64,000 bases of DNA, from the NCBI GenBank assembly GCA_017822615.1, contig GCA_017822615.1_4530.1. The stretch is one strand, 5' to 3'. Every line of letters starts with the position of its first letter. Positions within the stretch are counted from its first letter, which is position 1. Of this stretch, positions 19,108 through 29,339 are shown piece after piece. Position numbers and translations under genes: made by a program. The notes beneath the pieces are model-generated. The model was not told where the DNA came from and made no database searches. It saw only the letters and a program-made list of their open reading frames with translations. The DNA comes from a phage.

Positions 19108-19115
19108 GGAGGGTT

Positions 19116-19994
19116 ATGAAAGGTATTATTTTGGCGGGAGGAAGTGGAACCCGCCTTCATCCGGTAACACGCAGTGTGAGCAAGCAATTGCTCCCTGTGT
19201 ATGACAAACCCATGATCTACTACCCTTTATCGGTATTGATGTTGGCTGACATTAAGGATATCTTAATCATCACCACACCAGGCGATCAGGAAGACTTTGA
19301 GTATCTTCTTGGAGATGGGTCTATGTTTGGGATAAAACTCACTTACGCAATCCAATCCAAGCCACGAGGTCTTGCGGACGCTTTCATCATCGGTAAAGAT
19401 TTTATCGGAGAAGACTCTGTTGCTCTTATTTTAGGTGACAACCTATTCTTCGGACAAAGCTTTGGTAAACTACTGATTGACGCTAGTGAGATGGTAGATG
19501 TTTGGGGCGGAGCTTGTATCTTCGGGTGTTTGGTGAAAGATCCTGAACGATTCGGTGTGGTTGAATTTGGGAGTAATCGTCAAGTTATTTCTATTGAAGA
19601 GAAACCTGAAAATCCTAAATCAGATTATGCTGTCACAGGTTTGTATTTCTATGATAACTCTGTTATTCAACGTGCATTAGAAGTAACCCCTTCCGCGCGT
19701 GGAGAACTGGAGATCACTGATATCAATCGCAGCTACCTCGAAGACAGGAAGTTACAAGTGGAAGTTCTCGGACGAGGATTTACTTGGCTTGACACAGGAA
19801 CACACGCCAGTCTGATGGAAGCTGGTCAATTCGTGCAGACTATTGAGAACTGTCAAGGATTGAAGATTGCGTGCCTGGAAGAAATTGCTTTCAAAAAAGG
19901 GTGGATTTCTTTAGAGACTTTGGTCTACCATGGAAACTCACTGAAGAAAACAGAGTACGGGCAATACCTACTCAAATTAGCGGAGGGAAAATGA
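19116..19994 (+). CDS. rmlA: glucose-1-phosphate thymidylyltransferase
   Basis: [18 protein letters not shown] nucleotidyltransferase signature. Confidence 0.9.
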   Translation: MKGIILAGGSGTRLHPVTRSVSKQLLPVYDKPMIYYPLSVLMLADIKDILIITTPGDQEDFEYLLGDGSMFGIKLTYAIQSKPRGLADAFIIGKDFIGEDSVALILGDNLFFGQSFGKLLIDASEMVDVWGGACIFGCLVKDPERFGVVEFGSNRQVISIEEKPENPKSDYAVTGLYFYDNSVIQRALEVTPSARGELEITDINRSYLEDRKLQVEVLGRGFTWLDTGTHASLMEAGQFVQTIENCQGLKIACLEEIAFKKGWISLETLVYHGNSLKKTEYGQYLLKLAEGK

Positions 19995-20557
19995 AAGTAG
20001 AAAAAACAAAAATTGAAGGTGCGGTAATTATCAAACCAGACGTTTATAAAGACGACCGTGGTTTCTTTTTAGAAACATATAATGAACAAAAATACGAAGA
20101 TATCATTGGTAGACAAACTTTCGTTCAAGATAACATGTCTAAATCAAACTTCGGTGTTTTGCGAGGAATGCACTTTCAAACAAATAATCCGCAAGGTAAG
20201 CTTGTTCGTTGTGTAAGTGGTGAAGTATTGGATTTCGCTGTAGACTTACGTAAAGATAGTCCTACTTACGGTGCTTGGGACGGTGTTGTTCTTCGTGCAC
20301 GACACCATACGCAGTTTTGGCTTCCACCTGGTTTGGCACATGGTTTTATAGTTTTGAGTATGGATGCTATCTTTGAATACAAATGCACAACTCCATACGA
20401 CCCTTCTAGTGAAGAAAGTTTACGTTGGGATGATCCTGATATAGGGATCGATTGGGGCTTCGATATGATTTTTGATGAAGGTTTTAAACCTATCCTATCA
20501 ACAAAAGATGCAATGGCTAAATCTTTTCAACAGTTACGTAGCGAGGGTGTATGCTAA
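19991..20557 (+). CDS. rmlC: dTDP-4-dehydrorhamnose 3,5-epimerase
   Basis: [10 protein letters not shown] and GVLRGMHFQ cupin motifs; ATG 19991 after ggaggg. Confidence 0.85.
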   Translation: MKVEKTKIEGAVIIKPDVYKDDRGFFLETYNEQKYEDIIGRQTFVQDNMSKSNFGVLRGMHFQTNNPQGKLVRCVSGEVLDFAVDLRKDSPTYGAWDGVVLRARHHTQFWLPPGLAHGFIVLSMDAIFEYKCTTPYDPSSEESLRWDDPDIGIDWGFDMIFDEGFKPILSTKDAMAKSFQQLRSEGVC

Positions 20558-21393
20558 CATATCTGGTATTGGGTGGTAATGGACAACTGGGACAAGCTTT
20601 ACGTAAAGTTGCCCCTGCAAATGTATCTTTAATTTATCCTAAAGAACGTGTAGATATTACAAATTTTGAAGCTGTGCGAAACGCTATTGTTGAAGATTAT
20701 GTAGATGGTGTTATTAATTGCGCCGCTTATACGGCTGTAGATAAAGCCGAACAAGATTTTGCTACTGCTTTGGCTGTTAATGCTTATGGCCCTGCAAATA
20801 TTGCGGCAGTGTGCAGCAAACTTAAAATTGATTTTGTGCATATTTCCACAGACTATATTTTTAATTATTCTCATCCTATTTTTGAAGACACTACACCTAA
20901 CCCAATAAACAATTATGGGTATACGAAAGAACTTGGTGAAAAAATGGTGCGAGGAGTTAACCCAAATGCATATATTATTCGAACAGCCTCGGTATATAGC
21001 GAATTTGGAAATAACTTTCTAAAAACTATGTTGTCTCGCTATAATGATGGACAACGTGATTTTATTATTGTTGCTGATCAGTTCTCTTGTCCAACATATG
21101 CTCCAGATTTAGCAGAAGCTATTTTTGAAGTATTAAAAACAGGTTGGTCAAGGTCTGTTAAGACTTACCATTTTGCAGGAAGCCATCTTATTTCTTGGGC
21201 GGAGTTTGCGGAAAAGATCTTGACACAGATGCCAGAACCTGTTAAGATATCGGCGGTATCAGCTTCAACCTATAATGCTCCAGCAGCACGTCCGGTGAAG
21301 TCACAACTAGTAACCAGTCACTATCTTACAAAATCAGATTTAAATAAAGGTATTGAACAGTCTTTAGCAGTATTACTTAATAAGGAGAGGTAA
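20551..21393 (+). CDS. rmlD: dTDP-4-dehydrorhamnose reductase
   Basis: LVLGGNGQLGQAL Rossmann start; completes the rml gene set. Confidence 0.8.
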   Translation: MLTYLVLGGNGQLGQALRKVAPANVSLIYPKERVDITNFEAVRNAIVEDYVDGVINCAAYTAVDKAEQDFATALAVNAYGPANIAAVCSKLKIDFVHISTDYIFNYSHPIFEDTTPNPINNYGYTKELGEKMVRGVNPNAYIIRTASVYSEFGNNFLKTMLSRYNDGQRDFIIVADQFSCPTYAPDLAEAIFEVLKTGWSRSVKTYHFAGSHLISWAEFAEKILTQMPEPVKISAVSASTYNAPAARPVKSQLVTSHYLTKSDLNKGIEQSLAVLLNKER

Positions 21394-21653
21394 TGGAATT
21401 TGTAATTTTTGGTAAACCTAACTGTCAATTTTGTGAAATGTCAAAACAACTATTGACTATGCGCAATAAACAGTTTGAATATTTAAGTCTTGACCAAGAC
21501 TATGATTTAGAATCAATGACTAAAACAGTTGTTGATCTTACCGGAGTTCCTCCACGCACATTTCCACAAATTCTGTCTGAAGTGAACGGGGAGGTAACAT
21601 ACGTAGGCGGTTTTACCGAACTGCGTGATCTCATGGCTCAAATTGCGGAGTAA
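21393..21653 (+). CDS. glutaredoxin/NrdH-like redoxin
   Basis: 86 aa; CQFC active-site motif near N-terminus. Confidence 0.7.
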   Translation: MEFVIFGKPNCQFCEMSKQLLTMRNKQFEYLSLDQDYDLESMTKTVVDLTGVPPRTFPQILSEVNGEVTYVGGFTELRDLMAQIAE

Positions 21654-21658
21654 CAATT

Positions 21659-21808
21659 ATGAAAAGTAAACAGAAACGTAAGATCTTTTCTCGTGCTTTG
21701 GCAAATGAGCTGAAGTCCAACATAAAGAAAACGAAACCAAAACGTGAAACTTCTCCAGAACATCTGTTGTTTAATGAGTTGGATCACGGAGTAGGAGACG
21801 ACGAATAG
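21659..21808 (+). CDS. small basic protein (49 aa)
   Basis: ATG after gcggag; not in track. Confidence 0.3.
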   Translation: MKSKQKRKIFSRALANELKSNIKKTKPKRETSPEHLLFNELDHGVGDDE

Positions 21809-21815
21809 GAAGTAA

Positions 21816-22316
21816 ATGGCTAAAGTAGTAGATGAGTTTGATATGCTACGAGTCGATGAAGGACTGAAGCTTACTGTTTACCAAGATCATCTTGGTTATT
21901 GGACAGTTGGCATAGGACACCTTCTGACTAAAATAAAAGATAAAGCAAAGGCTATTCAAATCTTAGATAATCTCCTTGGTCGTAAGACCAATGGAGTTAT
22001 CACAGAAAAAGAAGCCCGTCAAATCTTTGCTGACGATGTTGCAAAAGTGAAGAGAGACATAAAAAACAGTGCTATCTTATCACCAATCTATGATAAGGTG
22101 AGTGATACTCGTAAATTGGGAATAATCAACATGGTTTTCCAGTTGGGGTTAAAAGGTGCTGAAGGGTTTAAAAATAGCTTGACTTTAATCAGCAATGCAT
22201 ATTATACTCAAGCAGGTAAAAACATGCGTAAAAGCCGATGGTATAGCCAAACGCCAAACCGTGCTGAACGAGTAATTAAAGTTCTGACTTCTGGAACTTT
22301 AGATGCTTACAACTAA
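21816..22316 (+). CDS. e: T4 e-type lysozyme (GH24 endolysin)
   Basis: LRVDEGLKLTVYQDHLGYWTVGIGHLL and SRWYSQTPNRAERVIKVLTSGTLDAY closely resemble T4 lysozyme. Confidence 0.9.
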   Translation: MAKVVDEFDMLRVDEGLKLTVYQDHLGYWTVGIGHLLTKIKDKAKAIQILDNLLGRKTNGVITEKEARQIFADDVAKVKRDIKNSAILSPIYDKVSDTRKLGIINMVFQLGLKGAEGFKNSLTLISNAYYTQAGKNMRKSRWYSQTPNRAERVIKVLTSGTLDAYN

Positions 22317-22353
22317 TAAAGGGGCTTCGGCCCCTTCTAAAAGGAGTGCTACT

Positions 22354-23112
22354 ATGGGAAATAAAACCGCAGCTAAAACACAACGGCAGAAACTGGCTAA
22401 TTCAGCAAAGATTGAAAGCCGTTATGCAGCAAAAGCGGTAGGTAATGACGATTACCGTTTAGATGAATTTATGCCTGAAGGGGACCAAAATAAGATTGTT
22501 CAAAGCATGATTTGGAATGATCTGACTGTTGTAAATGCTCCGGCAGGGACTGGTAAAACCTCTGTTGCTTTATGGAAAGCTTTGCAGATGCTTCGTTCAG
22601 GAGACTTCCGTAAACTACTTTTTATCAAGAACCCTACTGAAGTCGGAGATGATCAGATTGGTTTCTTGTCTGGAGATAAAACAGATAAACTAGCAGCACA
22701 CTATGAATCTACAAAACGTATTTTCCAGCAATTCATGACAGCCAACAAATTGGAAAACGATATTGGATCAGGTAAGATCGAATTGAATATTCCTAACTAT
22801 TTGTTGGGGGCCACCTTGGATAATACAATCGTCATTATTGACGAAGCACAACTTATGTCAACAGAAACACTTAAACTTCTTATTGAACGTGCAGGTATTA
22901 ATACGCATGTTATTGTATTAGGCGATGTTCGCCAGACATATGCAATTAAAAAACGTAGCAATGGTCTGCATCAAATTTTGGAACTTTTATATCCAGAAAA
23001 TGAAGAAGGTGTTCGTGAGCCAATTGTAGATTTTATTGGATACGTTGAACTGACAACGGACGATAATAAACGTGGACGTTTGTCTAAACTGATTACTGAA
23101 GTGTTTGTTTAA
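22354..23112 (+). CDS. phoH: PhoH-like ATPase
   Basis: Walker A NAPAGTGKT; ATG 22354 after aaaaggag. Confidence 0.85.
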   Translation: MGNKTAAKTQRQKLANSAKIESRYAAKAVGNDDYRLDEFMPEGDQNKIVQSMIWNDLTVVNAPAGTGKTSVALWKALQMLRSGDFRKLLFIKNPTEVGDDQIGFLSGDKTDKLAAHYESTKRIFQQFMTANKLENDIGSGKIELNIPNYLLGATLDNTIVIIDEAQLMSTETLKLLIERAGINTHVIVLGDVRQTYAIKKRSNGLHQILELLYPENEEGVREPIVDFIGYVELTTDDNKRGRLSKLITEVFV

Positions 23113-23147
23113 TAATGTGGCAGGGAAGCCATTTATAAGGAGGATTG

Positions 23148-23648
23148 ATGGGTGTAGCAACAATAGCTATCGGAAGAAGCGGTATAGATGAGTGCTATCA
23201 AACGGGACTCGTAAAACCTAACGAATTTCGTCAAATTTGTGTAAACCATATTGAAAAAGAGATTGCTCTTACTTTAGAGAATATGACCCTCCGAGATAAA
23301 CTGGAAATGTTTAAATGTTGGTGTCTAGGAGAAGATTGGCTTTTAAACCATTTTCAAGAACTTTCTGATAGTAAAGAAAGCTTGTTTGATTGTATAATAG
23401 GAATAGCTGGCTCCGATCCTAGCCTTCTGCACATAACAGAAGAAGAGGCGAAGTTACTGTTCTTAAGTAATTTGTTTAATAAGAAAGCACTGCTTGTTCG
23501 TGATTGTAGTGATCTTCTTAATAACCCGCTCGCAACGTCTGATCAAATTTTTGTTGACAAAGAGACACTACGTGCGATAGAATACATCTGCAAATATGTG
23601 AATGGCGGGAAAGCGGTTCTTAAAACATTAACAGAGGAGGAAGAATAG
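23148..23648 (+). CDS. hypothetical protein
   Basis: ORF track; RBS aggagg. Confidence 0.55.
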   Translation: MGVATIAIGRSGIDECYQTGLVKPNEFRQICVNHIEKEIALTLENMTLRDKLEMFKCWCLGEDWLLNHFQELSDSKESLFDCIIGIAGSDPSLLHITEEEAKLLFLSNLFNKKALLVRDCSDLLNNPLATSDQIFVDKETLRAIEYICKYVNGGKAVLKTLTEEEE

Positions 23649-24340
23649 TGACGACAATTATTGCAACCAAAAATAAGATTTTGAGTGACGGTAAGGTAAC
23701 TTTTGGTGGACGTGTAGATTCTATTAATTTCAAAAAGGTCCGAAAAATTGGAGATTACCTTGTAGGTGGTGCTGGTCGTCTGACCTCCGTGCTTTCTTTC
23801 TTTCAATGGTTTGAACAAAATCTACAGTGCGAAGCAGCACGTGATGCTGTCCCTGGTTTGATGATTCACTCTGATCCAGACAAAGAAGATGAAGAGTTTA
23901 TTGCACTTGTTGTTCATCCAGACGGACGTATTTTCCTGCATGAAGGTAACAACCCAACACGTGCATATCCGATTGATGAAGAATATTATGCAGTAGGAAG
24001 TGGGTCAGATTTTGCTTTAGCTGCTCTTGACGCAGGGGCAACACCAGAACAAGCTATGGAAGTAGCTAAAAAGCGAGATGCTTTTTCTGGTGGTGAAACA
24101 TTTGTTGAAGAACAAGATGAGATTATTGAATTAACAGACGATGATTTAGAAAACTTCTCCAAAGAAGAATTAATCAATCTTTTGAAATTCGGTAATCCCT
24201 ACGGTGAAGAAGAACCTCGTAACGTGGCAGGTAACGAGGCGGATACTGAAGAAAAATCTGTTGCAGAAAACAACTTGACTTCTAAATCTGAAAATATTAA
24301 TCTCGTAAATGTGGCGGATTTCGAAGGAACCGCTATTTAA
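23648..24340 (+). CDS. HslV-like N-terminal-nucleophile peptidase with acidic C-terminal extension
   Basis: MTTIIAT...KKVRKIGDYLVGGAG...AVGSGSDFALAALDAG aligns with E. coli HslV (MTTIVSV...KKVRRL...AGFAGG...AIGSGGPYAQAAA); Thr at position 2. Confidence 0.7.
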   Translation: MTTIIATKNKILSDGKVTFGGRVDSINFKKVRKIGDYLVGGAGRLTSVLSFFQWFEQNLQCEAARDAVPGLMIHSDPDKEDEEFIALVVHPDGRIFLHEGNNPTRAYPIDEEYYAVGSGSDFALAALDAGATPEQAMEVAKKRDAFSGGETFVEEQDEIIELTDDDLENFSKEELINLLKFGNPYGEEEPRNVAGNEADTEEKSVAENNLTSKSENINLVNVADFEGTAI

Positions 24341-24346
24341 CAAACT

Positions 24347-24366
24347 GCCCCTTCGGGGGCATTTCT
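24347..24366 (+). terminator. terminator-like hairpin (UUCG tetraloop)
   Basis: gccccttcgggggc followed by atttctt. Confidence 0.55.
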
Positions 24367-24385
24367 TAAACATAGGAGATTAATA

Positions 24386-24820
24386 ATGTTACAAGTTCCT
24401 GCTAAGTTTGTTGAAGGCGCTATCCACTCTTACCGTCAAACATGTAAGAGGGCAAGAAACTGTTTAGATGGTCTGGTGGCAAAAACCTATACTGTTGAAA
24501 AGAAGAAACGTTGGTTTGGCAAAGATGTTTACGAAGTTAATATTTTTGGTGAACATAAACTAAACCACGATACTCCTGAAAACATGTTAGAAATATTTCT
24601 AAGAGATGACAAAATATCTCCTATGGATTACCAACTTTTAAAATTTTATGATTCTTCTTTGGCTATTGATAAGTTTGTTGAAGATATTCTGTCTAGAAAA
24701 ACAGATAAAAACACTTATCCTCTAGAGGCTGATCAAATAGGATTATTAAACGAGATTTCATCCTTTAAAGAGTTGGATAATATTACAAAAGAGGAGATTT
24801 TAGATGGCATTAGATTATGA
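24386..24820 (+). CDS. hypothetical protein
   Basis: ORF track; RBS aggag. Confidence 0.6.
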   Translation: MLQVPAKFVEGAIHSYRQTCKRARNCLDGLVAKTYTVEKKKRWFGKDVYEVNIFGEHKLNHDTPENMLEIFLRDDKISPMDYQLLKFYDSSLAIDKFVEDILSRKTDKNTYPLEADQIGLLNEISSFKELDNITKEEILDGIRL

Positions 24821-25313
24821 TCGCCCAACAAGCGATTATTATCCGACACCGCAAAAAGCAATCAATAGTTTGTTTAGTGTTATAGATTTCAAAAATCTAA
24901 AGGAAGAAGGTTGGGTTTTTGCAGAACCTTGCAGAGGTGAAGCTGAAGCGATTTATCGCCATTTTCCTGAAGGTTCAGAATATTGCGAACTTGAAGAAGG
25001 TAAAGATTATTTTAGTCACGAATGGGAAAATCGTCCCGACATTATAATCACAAATCCTCCATTTAAGTTAGCAATGGAGTTCTTGGAAAAGAGCTTAAAA
25101 GAGGCGGATGTTTGTATTTATCTTCTTCGGTTGGGCTTCTTGGAGTCAAAGAAACGACGAGAGTTCCATCAAAAGAATCCACCAACAAACCTTATAGTCC
25201 TTTCAGAACGGCCTTCGTTTGTTGCAGGTGGAACAGATAAGACAGCATACGCTTGGTATGTATACGACCCAAAGAATCGTTTGGGCCTCTCTCAACCATT
25301 TTATTTTGTTTAA
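24804..25313 (+). CDS. phage Dam-like DNA N6-adenine methyltransferase (small)
   Basis: IIITNPPF (motif IV NPPF); N-terminal YYPTP and EPC resemble small phage Dam-family proteins. Confidence 0.55.
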   Translation: MALDYDRPTSDYYPTPQKAINSLFSVIDFKNLKEEGWVFAEPCRGEAEAIYRHFPEGSEYCELEEGKDYFSHEWENRPDIIITNPPFKLAMEFLEKSLKEADVCIYLLRLGFLESKKRREFHQKNPPTNLIVLSERPSFVAGGTDKTAYAWYVYDPKNRLGLSQPFYFV

Positions 25314-25325
25314 GGAGTGTGAACT

Positions 25326-25562
25326 ATGGGTAAACTAATTATGACAGTGGCTATTGATTTTGATGAAGTAGATGAAAGCCTCAACCTTTCACTTTCTACT
25401 GACGTAGATGGTGAAATGGATAATATTGAAGCAGCTACTGCTCTTTTCTTCAAAAAAGCCATTGAAGTTTATGCCGAACATGCTGCAAATCAGGCAGTAG
25501 ATTACGGTGGTATCGTGCGAGCTTTAGTTCACTCTACCGAGGGCAATGACTGGGAAGACTAA
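25326..25562 (+). CDS. hypothetical protein
   Basis: ORF track. Confidence 0.55.
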   Translation: MGKLIMTVAIDFDEVDESLNLSLSTDVDGEMDNIEAATALFFKKAIEVYAEHAANQAVDYGGIVRALVHSTEGNDWED

Positions 25563-25834
25563 TGGCTTACAATTATTACTGCATTTATGCACATGAAAAG
25601 AAAAAAGGTGACACTGGGACTAACGTTTATGCGGAGTCCGAATCTCATGCAAAAGAGATTGGTGCTATCCTTTTATCACGCTGGACTGGAAATAATTACA
25701 GTGCAGAAGATATGTTTGCAGAAGTGGATTCTAGAATCCAAGAAGACAACATAACAACTACGGATATACTTATACTCCCTTTTCGGAGGGAGTATTTTAA
25801 GGAGGGATTATGCAGAGCGGAGAAGAACTTTTAG
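25562..25834 (+). CDS. hypothetical protein
   Basis: ORF track. Confidence 0.55.
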   Translation: MAYNYYCIYAHEKKKGDTGTNVYAESESHAKEIGAILLSRWTGNNYSAEDMFAEVDSRIQEDNITTTDILILPFRREYFKEGLCRAEKNF

Positions 25835-26004
25835 AGAAACAATTCTCAACGCGTCAACAAGCTTTAAGTTATATGGTTTTTCTAAGCAATCTTGATGTGA
25901 ATGAGATACTTTTACGGCGCGAAGGTAATTTCTGGAGCGTTAAATATCATGCAACAAGGTCTGTAATCTACCTGGAAGAGGCGGAATTCTCTTTGGTAGA
26001 ATGA
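25810..26004 (+). CDS. hypothetical protein
   Basis: ORF track. Confidence 0.5.
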   Translation: MQSGEELLEKQFSTRQQALSYMVFLSNLDVNEILLRREGNFWSVKYHATRSVIYLEEAEFSLVE

Positions 26005-26018
26005 TCCGAGGAGTAGTT

Positions 26019-26591
26019 ATGCGTTCAACTTTCACTGGCAAAATAAATGCTGGTTTGATTTTTACAGCAGTAAGCATTCTTAGCAAAAAGTTTAAAGTTG
26101 TTAACTTACCTGTGTGTGTCGATTTCGATCATGTTTTTGATCCTTCGAACCCCACTCGTTGCATAGTAAGGAGTAATGTTGAAAACCCAACAGAAAATCT
26201 TTTTTATGTAACAAAACCATCTCAAAGCATACTTAACCAGGTTGAGGCGAAATTGATACCTAACGGTAAATATTACTCCTTTTTACCTTGTAAGTCGGTT
26301 GAAGTAGAGAATAGCAATACTTTCGCTAATAACTTGTCTGTATTCGTTTTCTTTGTTTCACAGGAAGACGAAACAGATGAAATGGTAGCAACAGTGAGAT
26401 CACTTTATGACTCTTTAGGGGTTGTTTATAGTCAACAAGTGTGCGAAAATAATAAAGCCTGTGTAGATTTCATTATCAACGGTATTTGTGTTTGTAGAGT
26501 AGAATCTTTTTGGCTGCACGATACATATGTGACTGTAGCAGAGGTTATATCTGAACCAAGATTTAGTCATGCGGTTTCGTTAATAATTTGA
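26019..26591 (+). CDS. hypothetical protein
   Basis: ATG 26019 after gaggag (track start 26001). Confidence 0.55.
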   Translation: MRSTFTGKINAGLIFTAVSILSKKFKVVNLPVCVDFDHVFDPSNPTRCIVRSNVENPTENLFYVTKPSQSILNQVEAKLIPNGKYYSFLPCKSVEVENSNTFANNLSVFVFFVSQEDETDEMVATVRSLYDSLGVVYSQQVCENNKACVDFIINGICVCRVESFWLHDTYVTVAEVISEPRFSHAVSLII

Positions 26592-26601
26592 GGAGGAAGG
26601 A

Positions 26602-26931
26602 ATGGAAATTACTACAGAACAAGCCCTTATCGACGAGGGTCGTAAAATCTTAGAAAAGTATTTAGGGGAGATTCATAAAACCCCTGGCTATTTGGGTTGG
26701 AGAATTGTTGAAGCTGTAGATTTCCTTCCTCGTAACAGTAAAAACGTCGAAATGCGATCTCTTTTCTTATTAGTAAAGGTGGATGGGGATACGCCTTTTA
26801 AAGATGCCGCAGAACATATTGAAAAAGTTGAAGAGAAAGCTTATGCAGAATTTGCCGATCTTGTTTTAGAACAAGAGATTGAAGGAAAGGTGAATATTTT
26901 TATTTTCTTAGATTTTGAGGAGGATAAGTGA
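26602..26931 (+). CDS. hypothetical protein
   Basis: ORF track; RBS gaggagg. Confidence 0.55.
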   Translation: MEITTEQALIDEGRKILEKYLGEIHKTPGYLGWRIVEAVDFLPRNSKNVEMRSLFLLVKVDGDTPFKDAAEHIEKVEEKAYAEFADLVLEQEIEGKVNIFIFLDFEEDK

Positions 26932-27671
26932 TCATACACAGAGAAATTACTGTTAAAAGCGATCAAGATCTTTTTATAATTGGAGATCTACACGGTTGTT
27001 ATAATTTGTATGAAAAAGGAAAGGCAAAGTTAGGTATCCGAGATACAGATGTGGTTGTATCTCTAGGAGATCTTACTGACCGTGGAAAGCAAAACTTTCG
27101 TTGTGTTTTAGAATTTACTCGTAAACACAATCGCTACGCTATTCGTGGCAATCATGAAGACATGATGATTAAAGGTATGCTGGAAGGAGATCGTAGCTAC
27201 TACGAGTGTTGGTATCAAAATGGAGGATATACGGTCTTTGAAGAATGTGGTGAAGAAGGAGCTACAGCCTTAGCAATGATGACAGAAGATTTACCTGTTG
27301 TTCTCATTGTTAACTACAGAGGCATGAAACTTGCGTTTATTCATGGTGGGTATCCATCTTCTTTGGAATATCTCCCTGTAACAGATATTCCAGAATACAT
27401 TTCGAAGATGACAAAAACACAGGAAAACCGTTTTGCTGAAGCACTTATGTGGGACAGAGATATGGTAGACTGTGCTAAAGAGGGAATGAAACTTCCTGTT
27501 GTGATGGGTGTGGATTATGTGTTTCATGGACACTCTTATGTAAAAACACCTATTATCAATGCGAATCGTGTTTATATGGATACTGGATCTGTGTTCAATA
27601 ATAACTTAACATTTGCTTATTTCGATATGGACGGTGGTCTTCAATTTTATTCAACTCTTGAGGAGGATTAA
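26928..27671 (+). CDS. Ser/Thr protein phosphatase (lambda-PPase-like metallophosphatase)
   Basis: GDLHG, GDLTDRG, GNHE motifs. Confidence 0.8.
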   Translation: MIIHREITVKSDQDLFIIGDLHGCYNLYEKGKAKLGIRDTDVVVSLGDLTDRGKQNFRCVLEFTRKHNRYAIRGNHEDMMIKGMLEGDRSYYECWYQNGGYTVFEECGEEGATALAMMTEDLPVVLIVNYRGMKLAFIHGGYPSSLEYLPVTDIPEYISKMTKTQENRFAEALMWDRDMVDCAKEGMKLPVVMGVDYVFHGHSYVKTPIINANRVYMDTGSVFNNNLTFAYFDMDGGLQFYSTLEED

Positions 27672-27979
27672 TGTATAAGATTACAATTATTCAAAGTGTA
27701 GGTAATATCCGTAAAGAAGTTATCTTAGAAACAGAAGATGTTAATCTTGTTCGTGAGATTGTTCTTAAGGAAGATAACCTGCAAGCTGTAGAATCAGATG
27801 CACCGAATCTTATGGTGGATCAAGAATATTCTGAACTTCGTCGTATTTTTGAAGAGATTCAGAAGAAAGAAACACAACCGACCATAAAACCTTTTGGTCC
27901 TTATGATCCGAGCAATCCTAGCAGTCCTTGGATCATGAGAAATACGGAACCGTATACACCTTTTGAAATTACTTGTTGA
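27671..27979 (+). CDS. hypothetical protein
   Basis: ORF track. Confidence 0.55.
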   Translation: MYKITIIQSVGNIRKEVILETEDVNLVREIVLKEDNLQAVESDAPNLMVDQEYSELRRIFEEIQKKETQPTIKPFGPYDPSNPSSPWIMRNTEPYTPFEITC

Positions 27980-27986
27980 GGTGATT

Positions 27987-28568
27987 ATGGCAGAACTGTT
28001 CTATACGGGAGTTGGAAGTAGAGACATATCCGAAGAAGAGTGGGCTTTGATGGTAGGCATAGGGAAATGGCTTTCAAACCTTGGGTTTAAATTAAGGTCT
28101 GGGAAGGCAGAGGGTAGTGATTCTGCTTTTGAAACAGGTGTCCAAGAGTCTGAAAATCCTACTAACAAGGAGATTTATGTTCCTTGGGAAAATTTCAAAG
28201 GTAATCAGATTCCAGGGGATGTTATTGTTCTTGCAAAACCAGATACAATGAACTATGCTATCTCTGTGCAATGGATCAAAGATGTTCACCCAGCTTATGA
28301 AAAGCTTAAGCAGGGTGCTAGAAAATTGCACCAACGTAATGTGCATCAAGTGTTAGGTAGAGATTTGGAAAATCCTGCTCCATCCTGTTTCTTGTTGGCT
28401 TGTGCTAATACTGATAAACATGGAGATGCAAAAGGTGGAACAGCTACGGCTTGGAAGATAGCTAAAGCCAATAATGTTCCTTGTTTAAACATTCGTGGGA
28501 AAACAAAACAAGAGATTTACGATTTTCTACGACCTTTGGTAATGAGGGCAATAACAAGTGATTCCTAA
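27987..28568 (+). CDS. SLOG-superfamily (DprA/Smf- or LOG-like) Rossmann protein
   Basis: GVGSRDIS...IGKWLSNLGFKLRSGKAEGSDSAFETGV follows the GSR...SG-A-G-D-A pattern of DprA/SLOG domains. Confidence 0.45.
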   Translation: MAELFYTGVGSRDISEEEWALMVGIGKWLSNLGFKLRSGKAEGSDSAFETGVQESENPTNKEIYVPWENFKGNQIPGDVIVLAKPDTMNYAISVQWIKDVHPAYEKLKQGARKLHQRNVHQVLGRDLENPAPSCFLLACANTDKHGDAKGGTATAWKIAKANNVPCLNIRGKTKQEIYDFLRPLVMRAITSDS

Positions 28569-29070
28569 ACGTAAACGTGGTGAACAAAGAACAAACTTGG
28601 CAGAAATCTTAGATTACAACATGGTTAATGATGTGACAAAAGAAATTCTCCCTGTTGTAGAAGATATTCTTCATAGAGGGTTACGATTCTGCTCTGATCG
28701 GGTGCATTTCATGTGGACACATAAAAGTGACTCCGCTTTGAATTTCTATCCTTTGGACTATACTCTGAACAATACGGAGATGAAAGATATCAACAAATAC
28801 TTAATGGGATATAAAGATATAACAGAAACTGTTCTTGGAGAATTGGCAGAAATCTTGGCTAACGATATCCTTAGAAATATTAATAAGGCTCTTGACAGAA
28901 GCCCAGCAGGAGTAGTAGTATCTTTTGCTGTGCCAGATATGGTTAAATATGAGTCTACAATACCTAATAAAGCTTATGCCTTTCTTCGGAGAGACGTTCG
29001 TGGAAATGTGTTGGAGATGGAGTCAAACTACAAGATTGAGGAGGTTTTATGGCAGAGTTCGGATCAGTAA
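28558..29070 (+). CDS. hypothetical protein
   Basis: ORF track. Confidence 0.55.
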   Translation: MIPKRKRGEQRTNLAEILDYNMVNDVTKEILPVVEDILHRGLRFCSDRVHFMWTHKSDSALNFYPLDYTLNNTEMKDINKYLMGYKDITETVLGELAEILANDILRNINKALDRSPAGVVVSFAVPDMVKYESTIPNKAYAFLRRDVRGNVLEMESNYKIEEVLWQSSDQ

Positions 29071-29339
29071 CAAGTTTTGAAAGTAACTTCGTTACCGCTT
29101 GGGAAGCTTGGGATGAAATGGGTGTTGGGGAACTTTATTTTTACAATGTAACACTACGTCCAGAGTATGCTTACCTGGTACCAGAAGGAACAGTTCAAAT
29201 TGGCATGTATTTGTCTTCTCAAGACGGTGTTGTTCAATTTGAGTTTTATTCTAACACAACGGACAACGAATTTACATACCGCGCATTTCATGTCAACATG
29301 TCTTTAGGAGAGGAGAAATTTTATGACGACCAAGTTTAA
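29049..29339 (+). CDS. hypothetical protein
   Basis: ORF track. Confidence 0.5.
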   Translation: MAEFGSVTSFESNFVTAWEAWDEMGVGELYFYNVTLRPEYAYLVPEGTVQIGMYLSSQDGVVQFEFYSNTTDNEFTYRAFHVNMSLGEEKFYDDQV

